Assembly (NCBI GenBank): GCA_963702825.1
Contig: CAVPEE010000026.1
Location: 1,608-65,607 of the forward strand
From: an uncultured Alphaproteobacteria bacterium
GTDB taxonomy: Bacteria; Pseudomonadota; Alphaproteobacteria; Rhizobiales; Beijerinckiaceae
Direction of reading: 5' to 3'
Length of the DNA stretch: 64,000 nt
A program made the position numbers and the translations under genes. Below the pieces are notes generated by a model, which was not told the DNA's origin, did not search any database, and saw nothing but the letters and a program-made list of their open reading frames with translations. This document shows, piece after piece, positions 1-10,021 of the stretch (positions within the stretch are counted from its first letter, which is position 1; each line of letters starts with the position of its first letter).

Positions 1-673
1 TGCGCGCCGCTACCCCGGCCTCGAAGAACATCTCATCGGCGCCGGTGTGAGGCCACTGGTTCTGCCCCCCAACAAAATTGGCCGCGAGCGAAAGCGCGCT
101 CGCTGTCGCCAGCCTCGTCGAGACCGAGCAACCGGCTGCAGGCGGCCGCCGCGGCCAGGGGTCCGGTGAAACCGGTCGGGCGGAAGGTTCGGGCGAATTC
201 CGGCGTCACGATCGCGCGGCCTATGCGACCGCCGACCTCATATCCGACGATCGCCGCGGCGGCGAAGCTGCGCCCATCCACGCGCCGCTGCTGAGCGAGC
301 GCAAGCAGAGGCGGCAGAACGACGATGCCAAGATGGCTGACGCTGCCGGTATGCATGTCCTCACGCACCAGCCCGTGTCCGGCGACGCTGTTGGCGAAGA
401 CGGCGTCTACTGCCGGCGCCTTGACGCTCGTCCCTATGATCGAGCAGGGACCGGCTCCGGCTGTGGCCAGCCCCTGCGCCTGCCGGGCCCAGGGCAGCCC
501 GTGCGCTTCAAAAGCACAGGCAAGGAAGTCGAGCAGGCAGACCCTAAGCTTTTCACGAGCGGCGGCGGAAATGTCGCTGTCCCGCTTGGCCGCGATCGCG
601 GACGCCATGAGGACGGACAGAGCGGGGCGCTGCGGGTTGTGGGCGCTTCCGCTAGGGCGACGGAACTGGACAT
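1..673 (-). CDS. MmgE/PrpD family protein (runs off window edge; frameshifted)
   Basis: ORF 33..608 has PrpD-type motifs (CLLDFLAC, ANSVAGH..EDMH..SHLG..LPPLLALA, GYEVGGR). An RBS (GGAGG) precedes ATG 673. Frame changes near 620 and near 105 restore continuity (..SALSLAANFVGGQNQW..). Confidence 0.8.
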
Positions 674-722
674 CGAGACCTCCCGGGTCTTGGTTTCGCT
701 CAACTGCTATTTGTCAGCAGGC

Positions 723-1685
723 CTACATACGCAAGCTCGGTGCGACTTTCGCCTCGGAGGGCGTGCGATCCGCGGGCTGATTGTCGCCGCGAAGGATCGC
801 CTGAACCTCATCACGGATGAGACGGGCGACAAGACGAGTTGCAACGCTCATTGGCCGCTGAGTCGAAGTCGCAAGCAAAAGTTCACGCATCAAGGTTGGG
901 TTTGTCAGCGACCAGCTCCGAATGCGCCCGGCGTTCAAGAGATGCTTCACCGCGCCCTCCGACAATACGGTGTATCCGACGCCCCGCTCCACGAGGCTCA
1001 GCGTCGACGGCATGGCGTCGACCTCGAACACGACATTGGCGACGACACCAAGTTTCTCGAGCTCGTTGTCGATGAGGACGCGCAAGCCATGCGGTCGCGC
1101 GGGCAAAATGACCGGAATGTCGGCGAGCCGCTTGGTGGGCACGCGGTCGCCCCCCAGGCCAGCCGGATCGTCGACGGCGCCGAGGAGAATGAGCTCGTCC
1201 GTGAGCAAAGGCTCAGTCTGGAGCGTCGACAGCCGCGGCGCCTGATAGACCACGCCAATATCCACCCTGCCGGTGGAGAGCCACTCGGCGACGTGACCGC
1301 TGAAGCCTTCCGCGAGATGAAGAAGGATCCCAGGGAAGGCCTCACGGCAGCGCACGACGAGCGGACCTGTCAGCATCCAGCCAATCGAAGGCGGCATCGC
1401 GATGGCGACACGACCTCTCGGCTCGGCCTTCAGGGACCCGATTTCAGACTGGGCCTTTTCGACGAGACCAACAACGCTGCGCGCATAGGTCTCGAGCACC
1501 TTGCCCGCCTCGGACACGACCACTCCGCGCCCGTTGCGATAGAGGAGTTCGACCCCGAGCTCCGACTCCAGCAGCTTGATTTGCCGGCTCAGGATTGGCT
1601 GGGCCACCGACAGACGGATGGCCGCCTTGGAGAAACTCCCCGATTCCGCGACTCCCAGAAAGTAGTCGAGCTGCTTCAATTCCAT
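723..1685 (-). CDS. LysR family transcriptional regulator
   Basis: MELKQLDYFLGVAESGSFSKAA..VAQPILSRQIKLLESELG wHTH followed by a substrate-binding domain. Confidence 0.93.
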   Translation of the reverse strand: MELKQLDYFLGVAESGSFSKAAIRLSVAQPILSRQIKLLESELGVELLYRNGRGVVVSEAGKVLETYARSVVGLVEKAQSEIGSLKAEPRGRVAIAMPPSIGWMLTGPLVVRCREAFPGILLHLAEGFSGHVAEWLSTGRVDIGVVYQAPRLSTLQTEPLLTDELILLGAVDDPAGLGGDRVPTKRLADIPVILPARPHGLRVLIDNELEKLGVVANVVFEVDAMPSTLSLVERGVGYTVLSEGAVKHLLNAGRIRSWSLTNPTLMRELLLATSTQRPMSVATRLVARLIRDEVQAILRGDNQPADRTPSEAKVAPSLRM

Positions 1686-1777
1686 TGAAAAGGGTTTCGG
1701 ACCGGCGGCGCTCGGCGCATGAGCGCCGGAAAGGGCGAAATTAGCAAGCACAATCTCGCTCCGCAATGCGGCCGAAG

Positions 1778-3256
1778 TTAGCGCTGAACGAAGGGGTTCG
1801 CGACCTCGCCGATCGTATCGATCCACACGCTCTTTTCCTGGAGGTATTCGCGGATCGCGGTCAGACCGCTCTCGCGCCCAATGCCAGAACGCTTATAGCC
1901 GCCAAAGGGCGAAAGGTAGCTCGTCGCCCGATAGGTGTTGACCCAGACCGTGCCGGCCTCGAGGCGCTCAGCCATGGTGAAGGCAGTCCCGATGCTCTGG
2001 GTCCACACGCCCGCCGCAAGGCCGTACTGCGTGTTGTTGGCGATCTCGATCGCCTCTTCCTGGTCGTCGAACGTGATCACCGAGAGGACAGGGCCGAAGA
2101 CTTCCTCCTGCGCAATGCGCATCTCGGGCTTGACCTCGGTGAAGACGGTCGGCTCGACGAACCATCCTTCTCCGCATTCGGGACGCGTGGCCTTACCGCC
2201 GCCGAGCACGCAAGAGGCGCCCTCGTTTTTGGCGACTTCGATGTAGTCGAGCACCTTCTTGAATTGTGGCCGGGTCGTTATCGGCCCGACCTGAGTCGTG
2301 TCGAGCAACGGGTCGCCCATGCGCGCGGTCTCGCCGAGCGCAACGAGCTTGTCGACGAACTCGTTGTGGATCGAACGATGGATCAGTGCGCGGGAGCCTG
2401 CGATGCAAGTCTGGCCGGTCGCGGCGAAAATGCCCGAGACAACGCCCTTGACGGCGTTGTCGATAGCGGCGTCCTTGAACACGATATTGGCCGATTTGCC
2501 GCCAAGCTCGAGCGTGACCGGCTTGATGGACCGCGCGGCAAGCTCGTAGACGCCCTGTCCGGTGCGGTCGCCCCCGGTGAAGGCGACCTTCGCGACATGC
2601 GGATGGGTGACAAGGCGCTCGCCGATCTCGGAGCCGAAGCCGGTCAGGATATTTACGACGCCGGGAGGAAAGCCGGCTTTCTCGAATAGGCGTCCAAATT
2701 CAAGCGCCGACACTGACGAGAATTCCGAGGGCTTCCAGACGACCGTGTTGCCTGCGGCCAGAGCCGGCGCGAGCTTCCAGGTGGCTAGCATCAGCGGCGA
2801 ATTCCACGGCGTGATCGCCGCCACGACCCCGAGCGGCTCTTCGCGGGTGAAGTTGATCATGCCGGGCTTGTCGATCGGAATGACCCGCCCCTCGATTTTG
2901 TCCGCGAGGCCGCCGAAATAGTTGAACCATTGCGGTATGTAGCGCAGCTGCGTCCGCATTTCGGTGATCAGCTTGCCATTGTCGCGTGTTTCGATCTCCG
3001 CCAGCCGATCGGCCTCGGCGGCGATCAGATCGGCGAGCTTGCGGAGAAGCGCGCCCCGCGCGGTCGCGCTGATCTTGGCCCACGACGGCGCGCGGAACGC
3101 CTTCCACGCGGCCTCCACCGCGCGGTCGACGTCGGCCCCTTTGGCCCGCGGAACGAACGCCCAGGCCGCGCCGAGATAGGGATTTTCAGTCTCGAACGTT
3201 TCGCGCGCCTCGGCGTCAACCCATTCGCCGCCGATCAACATCTGATAGCGCTTCAT
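1778..3256 (-). CDS. Aldehyde dehydrogenase
   Basis: ITPWNSP, KPSE, FTGG, LELGGKS, GQTCIAG, EEVFGPV motifs. Confidence 0.95.
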   Translation of the reverse strand: MKRYQMLIGGEWVDAEARETFETENPYLGAAWAFVPRAKGADVDRAVEAAWKAFRAPSWAKISATARGALLRKLADLIAAEADRLAEIETRDNGKLITEMRTQLRYIPQWFNYFGGLADKIEGRVIPIDKPGMINFTREEPLGVVAAITPWNSPLMLATWKLAPALAAGNTVVWKPSEFSSVSALEFGRLFEKAGFPPGVVNILTGFGSEIGERLVTHPHVAKVAFTGGDRTGQGVYELAARSIKPVTLELGGKSANIVFKDAAIDNAVKGVVSGIFAATGQTCIAGSRALIHRSIHNEFVDKLVALGETARMGDPLLDTTQVGPITTRPQFKKVLDYIEVAKNEGASCVLGGGKATRPECGEGWFVEPTVFTEVKPEMRIAQEEVFGPVLSVITFDDQEEAIEIANNTQYGLAAGVWTQSIGTAFTMAERLEAGTVWVNTYRATSYLSPFGGYKRSGIGRESGLTAIREYLQEKSVWIDTIGEVANPFVQR

Positions 3257-3286
3257 AAGCCCATCTCCGCGCCTGAGCTTATTGCG

Positions 3287-3670
3287 TCAGGCGCCCTTCT
3301 CGACTTCGGCGAACGCTTCGCGCGCAATCCGGAACGAATCGACGCCGGCGGGAATGCCGGCGTAGATCGCGACCTGCAAGAACACTTCGCGGATCTCAGC
3401 TTTGGTGACGCCATTCTTCAGGGCGCCTTTGATATGCATCTTGAGCTCGTGCGGACGATTGAGGCAGCTGATCATCGCAAGGTTGAGCATGCTGCGCGTC
3501 TTGTGAGGCAGACCCTCGCGTCCCCAGACGGCGCCCCAGCAATATTCAGTCGTCAGCTCCTGCATCGGCATGTTGAACTCGTCCGCCGTGGCGAGCGATT
3601 TTTCAACGAATTCGGCGCCGAGCACTTTCTTGCGAATCTCGAGGCCGCGGTCGAATAGTTCCTTGTTCAT
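3287..3670 (-). CDS. Carboxymuconolactone decarboxylase (CMD) family protein
   Basis: GLEIRKKVLG..TEYCWGAVWGREGL..RSMLNLAM..HIKGALKNG..YAGIPAG, PcaC-like. Confidence 0.9.
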   Translation of the reverse strand: MNKELFDRGLEIRKKVLGAEFVEKSLATADEFNMPMQELTTEYCWGAVWGREGLPHKTRSMLNLAMISCLNRPHELKMHIKGALKNGVTKAEIREVFLQVAIYAGIPAGVDSFRIAREAFAEVEKGA

Positions 3671-3739
3671 TTCAGTCTCCAGTGTCTCGATGCGCAGCAG
3701 GCGACGCGAGCAAACGTCGCCCGTGCGGATAGCTTGCGC

Positions 3740-4627
3740 TTAGCCCCTCACCTCTACGCCGGCCCATTCCTCCACGACGCGGGTGATCGAAGTGAAGTCT
3801 GACGTCGGCCCGAATTTGGCGTTGGTGACAGCGAGCATCTGGCGCACCGCCGCGCCGACCACCATCGGCACGCCCATGCTCTCCGCTTCGTCGACGCACA
3901 TACGGACATCCTTATAGGAGAGCCCCGTCGCAAAGCCGAAATCAAAGGTGCCCGGAAGAATCGATTTCGGAAACTTATCCTGGGTCGCGCTGTTGCGGCC
4001 GCTGCCGGCGTTGATGATGTCGAGCATGATCTTCGGATCGATCCCGGCCTTGACGCCCATCACCAGCGCTTCGGAGGAAATGACCATCGCGGCCGCCGCG
4101 AGCAGATTGTTGCCGAGCTTTGCGACCTGGGCGAGGCCTGCCTTCTCGCCGACAAAGAAAACCTTGCCAAAGTTCTTGAGCAAAGGCTCGGCGATCTCAA
4201 ACGACGCGCGCGGACCGGAGGCCATCACGGCGAGCGTTCCGTTCTTGGCGCCCGCGATCCCGCCTGAAACCGGCGCGTCGATCCATCCGACGCCGTAAGG
4301 CTCAAGACCACGTGAAACACGCGTCGCCATGCCGGGTCCGCTGGTTGACAGATCGACTACTGTCTTTACTCGCGAACCCTGCCCGACATTGCCTAGAACC
4401 ACCTTTTCGACAATGTCAGGCGTCGGAAGGCTTACGAACGCGAGATCAACCGAATCGAAGACGTCTTTGGGGGAGGAGCCCACCGCCGCGCCGGCGTTCT
4501 TTTGAGGCGCCTGCGCATCCGAATTTGTGTCAAAGACCACGAGGTCGAAGCCGGCGCTGATCAGTCGCAGGCTCATGGGGCCGCCCATTCGCCCGAGCCC
4601 GATAAAGCCGATTTTTGGCGTCGCCAT
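3740..4627 (-). CDS. NAD(P)-dependent beta-hydroxyacid dehydrogenase (3-hydroxyisobutyrate DH family)
   Basis: GFIGLGRMG, DAPVSGG, KLGNN, F..GLSYKD motifs. Confidence 0.92.
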   Translation of the reverse strand: MATPKIGFIGLGRMGGPMSLRLISAGFDLVVFDTNSDAQAPQKNAGAAVGSSPKDVFDSVDLAFVSLPTPDIVEKVVLGNVGQGSRVKTVVDLSTSGPGMATRVSRGLEPYGVGWIDAPVSGGIAGAKNGTLAVMASGPRASFEIAEPLLKNFGKVFFVGEKAGLAQVAKLGNNLLAAAAMVISSEALVMGVKAGIDPKIMLDIINAGSGRNSATQDKFPKSILPGTFDFGFATGLSYKDVRMCVDEAESMGVPMVVGAAVRQMLAVTNAKFGPTSDFTSITRVVEEWAGVEVRG

Positions 4628-4800
4628 CCCGAGTGATTCCTTGCGCCATCATGATCGGGTGAACAGCCCGACGTTGTTATTGCTCGCGAACTCTAACCCA
4701 CTTGCCTCATGAGCCGCACCGCCAGAGCGGACATAACAGAAATATCGAGCTTGCAAGCCACGGACGAGCGCCGTGCAGCGGTCGTTCGACGGCCTTTGCA

Positions 4801-5679
4801 TCACGCGACACGGCTCGCCTCGCCATCCGCGAGAGCCAGCTCCACGACGTGCAGGCCTGCCGCCGTCGCGCGCGAAGGAAAGACGCTCTTGAGCCGGTCC
4901 TCGTGCACGGGAATGACGCGCTTATGCTCGCCGCCTACCGCCTTCAACATGTCTGCGCTCGTAAACATGAGGTTCGACTGGCTGCCCACCGCCAAGCCGA
5001 TCGGCACGAGCTGAGGATCATTCTTATCGAGGCCGGTGAGGTTATCGTAGGTGTAGATGAGATCGCCCGCGAGGATGAAGGCGTCTGCGCTCTCTCGCGC
5101 GCCGTCGTTGCGCACGGTCACGTACATCGAGCCATAGGTGTGAGTGTCCGCGGCGAGATGGAGGTCTATGGCGGGCAAGACATCCTCAAGGTCGCCGTCG
5201 ACCACGATCATCCGACCCTCCCGGGCCAGGCGCGTCGCCTTGACGATGTCGGCCGGGTCGGCGGCTCCGACCAGGAAGCGAAATTCCGGTCCAAGCGTGA
5301 GCGCCCACACCCACTTATCGATTTCGCGTTTCTGGATATAGAACTTGGCGTTGGGAAATAGGTCGAGCCCACCCATGTGATCGAAATGAGCGTGGGTGAT
5401 CAGGACGGTCGTGACATCGGCGGGCTTAACGCCGCATTCCGCGAGAACTTCTGAGGCCGGGCGCCAGTTCGAGACGCCGTAGAGATCGGCGAGATATTTG
5501 CCGTACTCTTTGTGGTCGTAGCCGGTGTCGACCAGGATCACCTGGCCTTGCCCTTTAATCAGCACATAGGCGTAGGGCAAATTGCGGATGCCGACATATT
5601 GCGGACCATAGAGCATGACGCTCTGCGGAAACTTGTTCACCGCGGCATAGTCGAGCACCCAGATCGAATATTTGCCCAT
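4801..5679 (-). CDS. N-acyl-homoserine lactonase family MBL-fold hydrolase
   Basis: LVDTG, THAHFDHMGG (HxHxDH), AGD, IPVHE motifs. Start MGKYSIW follows a GAGGAG RBS. Confidence 0.85.
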   Translation of the reverse strand: MGKYSIWVLDYAAVNKFPQSVMLYGPQYVGIRNLPYAYVLIKGQGQVILVDTGYDHKEYGKYLADLYGVSNWRPASEVLAECGVKPADVTTVLITHAHFDHMGGLDLFPNAKFYIQKREIDKWVWALTLGPEFRFLVGAADPADIVKATRLAREGRMIVVDGDLEDVLPAIDLHLAADTHTYGSMYVTVRNDGARESADAFILAGDLIYTYDNLTGLDKNDPQLVPIGLAVGSQSNLMFTSADMLKAVGGEHKRVIPVHEDRLKSVFPSRATAAGLHVVELALADGEASRVA

Positions 5680-5705
5680 GACGCTCCTCGCCTGTTCGTC
5701 GCCTT

Positions 5706-6224
5706 TTATCCGATGAAGCGCGCTTCGAACGGGGCGCCGACGCCGCCCTGCATCGCACAGCACGCCTGCTTGAAATCGACGGCCTCGAATCCGGGCGTCG
5801 CCCGCCCGACCGCCCTAAGATGCCGCTCGGATTCCTGAACAAAGTGAAACAGCGCGTCTCCGTCCGGATCGGTCGTGGACAGCGCCGACGCGAGCGCGCT
5901 CTCGATCGCGACAAGGGCGGCCGCCAAATGACCCCGATGGTGGGCCGCGCTTGTTGGCGCGCGCAGGCTTCTCAGGCCTTCGGCCGCTTCGCGAATGCGT
6001 TCGCGAGCGGCCTCGACGGGCTCGTAGTCGACGATTGCGCGGGGGCCGGCGATCGTACGCTTCAGCAGGAATCCTGAGAGTTGGATCAAACCCCGACGCA
6101 GGAGATCATGCAGAGGTTCGGCTTCGGAGATGTAGCGCGCGAGCGGATCGACCTGACTCAAAGCGCGCGTTCCTCCATAGCCTAGTGGGGCCGGCGCTTC
6201 GTCTGCGTCGCGCGCCTCGCCCAA
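5706..6224 (-). CDS. Hypothetical helical protein with C-terminal CC motif
   Basis: 172-aa ORF co-directional with and immediately upstream of the lactonase gene. Start uncertain. Confidence 0.6.
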   Translation of the reverse strand: MGEARDADEAPAPLGYGGTRALSQVDPLARYISEAEPLHDLLRRGLIQLSGFLLKRTIAGPRAIVDYEPVEAARERIREAAEGLRSLRAPTSAAHHRGHLAAALVAIESALASALSTTDPDGDALFHFVQESERHLRAVGRATPGFEAVDFKQACCAMQGGVGAPFEARFIG

Positions 6225-6313
6225 CGCCGGGACGCTTGCACCGTCGTTGCCGGCCGCCCCGCGCTTCGGTACGCTAGCAATGATGGGCCTAGTCAGGCAT
6301 TCGGACCCACAGG

Positions 6314-6330
6314 ATAACAGATATAGTGAT
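6314..6330. promoter_or_regulatory. Candidate LysR box ATAAC-N7-GTGAT
   Basis: Near-palindromic T-N11-A site in the divergent intergenic region. Confidence 0.45.
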
Positions 6331-6425
6331 TTTAGGCAGTCACTTCATTTCACTTCGCCGTCGGCGGTTGGCAAAGTGCGGTATAGACCAAAGAGTTGAG
6401 AGTCTATGACCGGGAGGAGACGACG

Positions 6426-7310
6426 ATGGCCAATCCGACGGGCAAGACCGACAAGCAGACGCCGGGCGTCTATAGGCGGCGCATTGGCGACGCGCTGGTC
6501 ACAACGATCAATGATGGCTTCCTCGATATCAGCTTCGAGATTTTGAGGGGCGCTGGCCTCGAGGATTTCCAAGGGCTGATGCGCAGCACATTCCGCGATG
6601 GGCCACCTCGGCTCACGGTCAACGCTTTTGTCATCGAGACTGACCGCAACACGATTCTTGTCGATTCGGGCGGGGGCTCCACCACCGTCTATTCCATGGG
6701 CCGGCTCCCCGACAATCTGCGAGCCGCGGGATTCAAGCCCGACGACTTCGATACGGTCCTCGTGACCCACATCCATCCCGACCACACGAGCGGCCTTCTG
6801 GATACGGAGGGGAAGCCGGCTTTCCCGCGCGCGGAAGTGATCGTGCACGAGGACGAGATCGCATTCTGGTCGGACAAGACCCTTCGCGACGGCCGGTCGG
6901 CCGCGGCGACGCCCTATCTCGATTCCGCCGACCGGGTCCTCGAAGCCTATCGCGAAAGGTTCCGTCCGAGCCAGGGCGGACCTGTCCTCCCCGGCGTGAC
7001 ACAACTGCCGCTTCCCGGCCATACCCCGGGACACTGCGGCTATCGCCTCGATTCTGCGGGCGAGACCCTGGTGATGTGGGGAGACACCGTGCACGTGCCG
7101 GAGATCCAGATTCCCCGACCCGAAGTCACCAGCGAGTACGACATCAGCGAACCCCTCGCGGCGGAAAACCGCTTTAAGATCTTCGACTATGTCGCGAAGG
7201 AACGCCACCTCGTGACCGGCGGGCATCTGCACCTGCCCGGCTTCGCGCATGTCATCCCGAACGGGCGAGGGTACCAGCTCGTGCCAGAAGCCTGGATGGT
7301 CGAGATCTAG
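6426..7310 (+). CDS. MBL-fold metallo-hydrolase (methyl-parathion hydrolase-like subgroup)
   Basis: LVDSG, THIHPDH, PGHTPGH, WGD, GGHLHLPG motifs. RBS GGAGGAG. Confidence 0.9.
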   Translation: MANPTGKTDKQTPGVYRRRIGDALVTTINDGFLDISFEILRGAGLEDFQGLMRSTFRDGPPRLTVNAFVIETDRNTILVDSGGGSTTVYSMGRLPDNLRAAGFKPDDFDTVLVTHIHPDHTSGLLDTEGKPAFPRAEVIVHEDEIAFWSDKTLRDGRSAAATPYLDSADRVLEAYRERFRPSQGGPVLPGVTQLPLPGHTPGHCGYRLDSAGETLVMWGDTVHVPEIQIPRPEVTSEYDISEPLAAENRFKIFDYVAKERHLVTGGHLHLPGFAHVIPNGRGYQLVPEAWMVEI

Positions 7311-7361
7311 TCCGGCGCGAATGGCCGCGGGCGGCGATAGATTTCCGCCCGCGCCAGAAGC

Positions 7362-8525
7362 TCAGTCCTTGACCTCGACCCATTGCTTGCTGGCCGCGTC
7401 ATATTTGACCAGCGTCAGCTGCTCGGCGTTGATCGTGATGTGGTTCTTCTCCGAGAAGCCGAGATCGCCGGTGATGCCCTTGAACCCCTTGACGGAGTTG
7501 AACCCCTTCTGCAGGTCCGCCGGCTTGGTCGACTTCGTGTCGTTGACCACCTGCGCCAGCATCATGATGCTGTCGTAGCTCGTTTCGGCGAACGGCGTTG
7601 TGTCGATATTGAAGCGCTTCTTGTATTCGTCGCGGAACGCCGTGAGCTCCGGGCTCGGATGGAGATCGGAGGTGAGCACCGCGCTGATCGTGCCGTCGGC
7701 GATGTCGCCGGCGAGCTTCGAAAAGGTGTCGTCGGAATTGGTCTCGTCATTGCCGAAGACCGTGGCGTTGTAGCCCGCCGAATGCAGGTCCTGCACGAAG
7801 GCCGCCTGGTCCTGCGGAGTGAGCCACGCGTCGATGCATTTGATGCCCGCCGCCTTGGCGGCGTTGACCTCGGGCATGAGGCCGGTGGTCGCGCCGGTCG
7901 ACCAGTTCTCGGTGATCGTGTGGTCGATTGCGATCTTCTTGCCGGCTTTGTCATAGGCAAGCTGGATGCCGTAGAGCCCGCCCTGACCATAAGTCGACGG
8001 ATCATGCAGAACGGCGATGCCGTCGGGACAGTGCTTGAGCGCGTATTCGCCGATCTTCTCGCCCCAGGCGAAGGTGTTGAGCCCGAAGTCGAACACCCAA
8101 GGGTTCGGCGGACCGTTCGGCCCTTCGGTGTTGACGGTGAGACCGCCGTCGTCGACGACGCCGATGGTCGGGAACTTGTGCCGGACCGCAAGCTGCGCCG
8201 TGACTGGACCGGTGTCCGGCGAACCGGCGATCGCGATCGCCCCGGCGGCGATGAGCTTCTCGTACAATTGCCCGGAGACCGTCGCCGACGCATCGTCGTT
8301 ATGCGGATCGAGCTTGAGCTGACGGCCAAGCACGCCGCCCGAGGCGTTGATCTTGTCGACCGCCATCTGTGCGCCGTTGACGGTCGCGACGCCTGTCGAG
8401 CCGTATGCGCCAGTCGTTCCGGCGATGAGCCCGATGAGGTACGGCTCCCCGGCGGCGCGGGCCGAAGTCTGTGCGGCGGTTAACGCGGTGGCGGCGGCGA
8501 GCGTCGTCCAAATGATGGCTTTCAT
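7362..8525 (-). CDS. ABC transporter substrate-binding protein, LivJ/K type
   Basis: Signal peptide MKAIIW..ARA; GAQMAVDKINASGGVLGR; YDSIMMLA; FKGITG. Confidence 0.9.
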   Translation of the reverse strand: MKAIIWTTLAAATALTAAQTSARAAGEPYLIGLIAGTTGAYGSTGVATVNGAQMAVDKINASGGVLGRQLKLDPHNDDASATVSGQLYEKLIAAGAIAIAGSPDTGPVTAQLAVRHKFPTIGVVDDGGLTVNTEGPNGPPNPWVFDFGLNTFAWGEKIGEYALKHCPDGIAVLHDPSTYGQGGLYGIQLAYDKAGKKIAIDHTITENWSTGATTGLMPEVNAAKAAGIKCIDAWLTPQDQAAFVQDLHSAGYNATVFGNDETNSDDTFSKLAGDIADGTISAVLTSDLHPSPELTAFRDEYKKRFNIDTTPFAETSYDSIMMLAQVVNDTKSTKPADLQKGFNSVKGFKGITGDLGFSEKNHITINAEQLTLVKYDAASKQWVEVKD

Positions 8526-8704
8526 GAGCCTTATTCCTCCCTTGAAACGTGAGCGGTCTACGTCGGGCGCGCGAACTTGACGCGCCTGACGCCGCCGTCC
8601 GTCAGCCCTACGTTTCCTTACGCAGATCAGGGATGTTGTCAAAGCAACGACAATTGGAAAACAAGCGCGTCCGAATAGCCAGCGACGGCGCGATAGCTTA
8701 CGCA

Positions 8705-8722
8705 CGAATGTCGAGACATTCG
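8705..8722. promoter_or_regulatory. Palindromic operator candidate CGAATGTC-GA-GACATTCG
   Basis: Perfect 8-bp inverted repeat in the divergent SBP/permease intergenic region. Confidence 0.4.
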
Positions 8723-9110
8723 CAAAGCCAAGATATGCCCGACGGTCTCCTAAGCGCCAATAATCACTATGCTATTTTGGTCACGGATAAGGCGACGCCC
8801 CCGCCCCTCGCCTTCCACCCGACGCGAATGAAGCTCCGTTCCTTGAAAGCCGCGTGCCGTAGCTGGCGCCTTCCCGGCGGCGCGCACATACCTGTTATGT
8901 CAGACCTATTCGTTGCTGCAGCCGTGATGTCCCAGCTAGCTACTCTGCTTGGAATGGGCGCGACTCGCTTGGCCGAGGAAACCTGATAGGCTTTGCGCCA
9001 CGCCTTCGGGGCGGCGGCCGAAGCTTGTGGCTATCCCGATCGCGTCCGGCGAAGCGCCGTGAGAAGCGTGCCGGTTTTTATCGTCTCGCGGGACGCCAGG
9101 GAACGGACCA

Positions 9111-10013
9111 GTGCTGCAATTCGTGGTGAGCGGCGTCGCCATCGGGGCCGTCTACGGGCTCATCGGAATGGCGCTGGCCATCACCTTCTACGTCACCCGC
9201 ATCATCAATTTCGCCCAGGGGCAGATGATGATGGCGACGGTGATGGTCACGGCGGAGGTTCGCGCCGCCGGCTATCCGACATGGGCGGCCGCGCTCCTCG
9301 GCCTTGGCTGCGCCTGCGTCCTCGGGGTTCTTTCCTATCTTATCGCCGTTCGCCCTATTCTGGCGCTGAACCGGTTCAGTTTTGGCTGGCTCGTCAGCAC
9401 GTTGGGCTTTGCAGTGATCCTCGAGAATGCCGCCGCCTATATTTGGGGACCGACCTCGCAGGCCTTTCCGCCAATGTTCCAGGGCACGAGCTTTCACCTC
9501 GTGGACGCGGTGGTGACAGGTCAGCAGCTGCTGGCGATCGTGACTGCTGCGGTCTTGACCGTGGGCTTCGAGCTGGTGCGGCGCGGCACGCTGTTCGGTA
9601 AGATCGGCATGGCCACAGCCGCCGATCCGGAGATGGCGACTGCGGTTGGCGTCAACACGACTGTGGTCGCGATCATCGCCTTCGCCGCCTCGGCCTTTTA
9701 CGCGGGCGTGGCCGGCCTCCTGATCGGGCCTACAACCTTCGCCAATCCTTATCTCGGGGACACATTCGGCACGTTCGGTTTCATCGCGATGATGATTGGC
9801 GGGGGAACCGAAAAACCCATCGCGGCGATGTTCGGCGGCCTTTTGCTGGGCGTCTGCGCTGAAGGCGCCAACGCCATGATCAACTCGCAAGCCTCCGACT
9901 GGTTTCCGTTCATCATCCTCGTCGTCGTCCTGATTGTCTCGCCGCGCGGTTTGTTCAGTGCGGGAAATCTGTTCCGCTTTCGCGCACGCGCCGCTGCGTC
10001 GGCGCAGGCCTAA
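9111..10013 (+). CDS. Branched-chain amino acid-type ABC permease (LivH-like)
   Basis: VSGVAIGAVYGLIG..IINFAQG; hydrophobic throughout. Confidence 0.92.
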   Translation: MLQFVVSGVAIGAVYGLIGMALAITFYVTRIINFAQGQMMMATVMVTAEVRAAGYPTWAAALLGLGCACVLGVLSYLIAVRPILALNRFSFGWLVSTLGFAVILENAAAYIWGPTSQAFPPMFQGTSFHLVDAVVTGQQLLAIVTAAVLTVGFELVRRGTLFGKIGMATAADPEMATAVGVNTTVVAIIAFAASAFYAGVAGLLIGPTTFANPYLGDTFGTFGFIAMMIGGGTEKPIAAMFGGLLLGVCAEGANAMINSQASDWFPFIILVVVLIVSPRGLFSAGNLFRFRARAAASAQA

Positions 10014-10021
10014 GGGAAGCC

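Noticed and set aside
8725-8742. Sigma54 promoter upstream of the SBP
   Set aside because: GG-to-GC spacing does not match the -24/-12 requirement.
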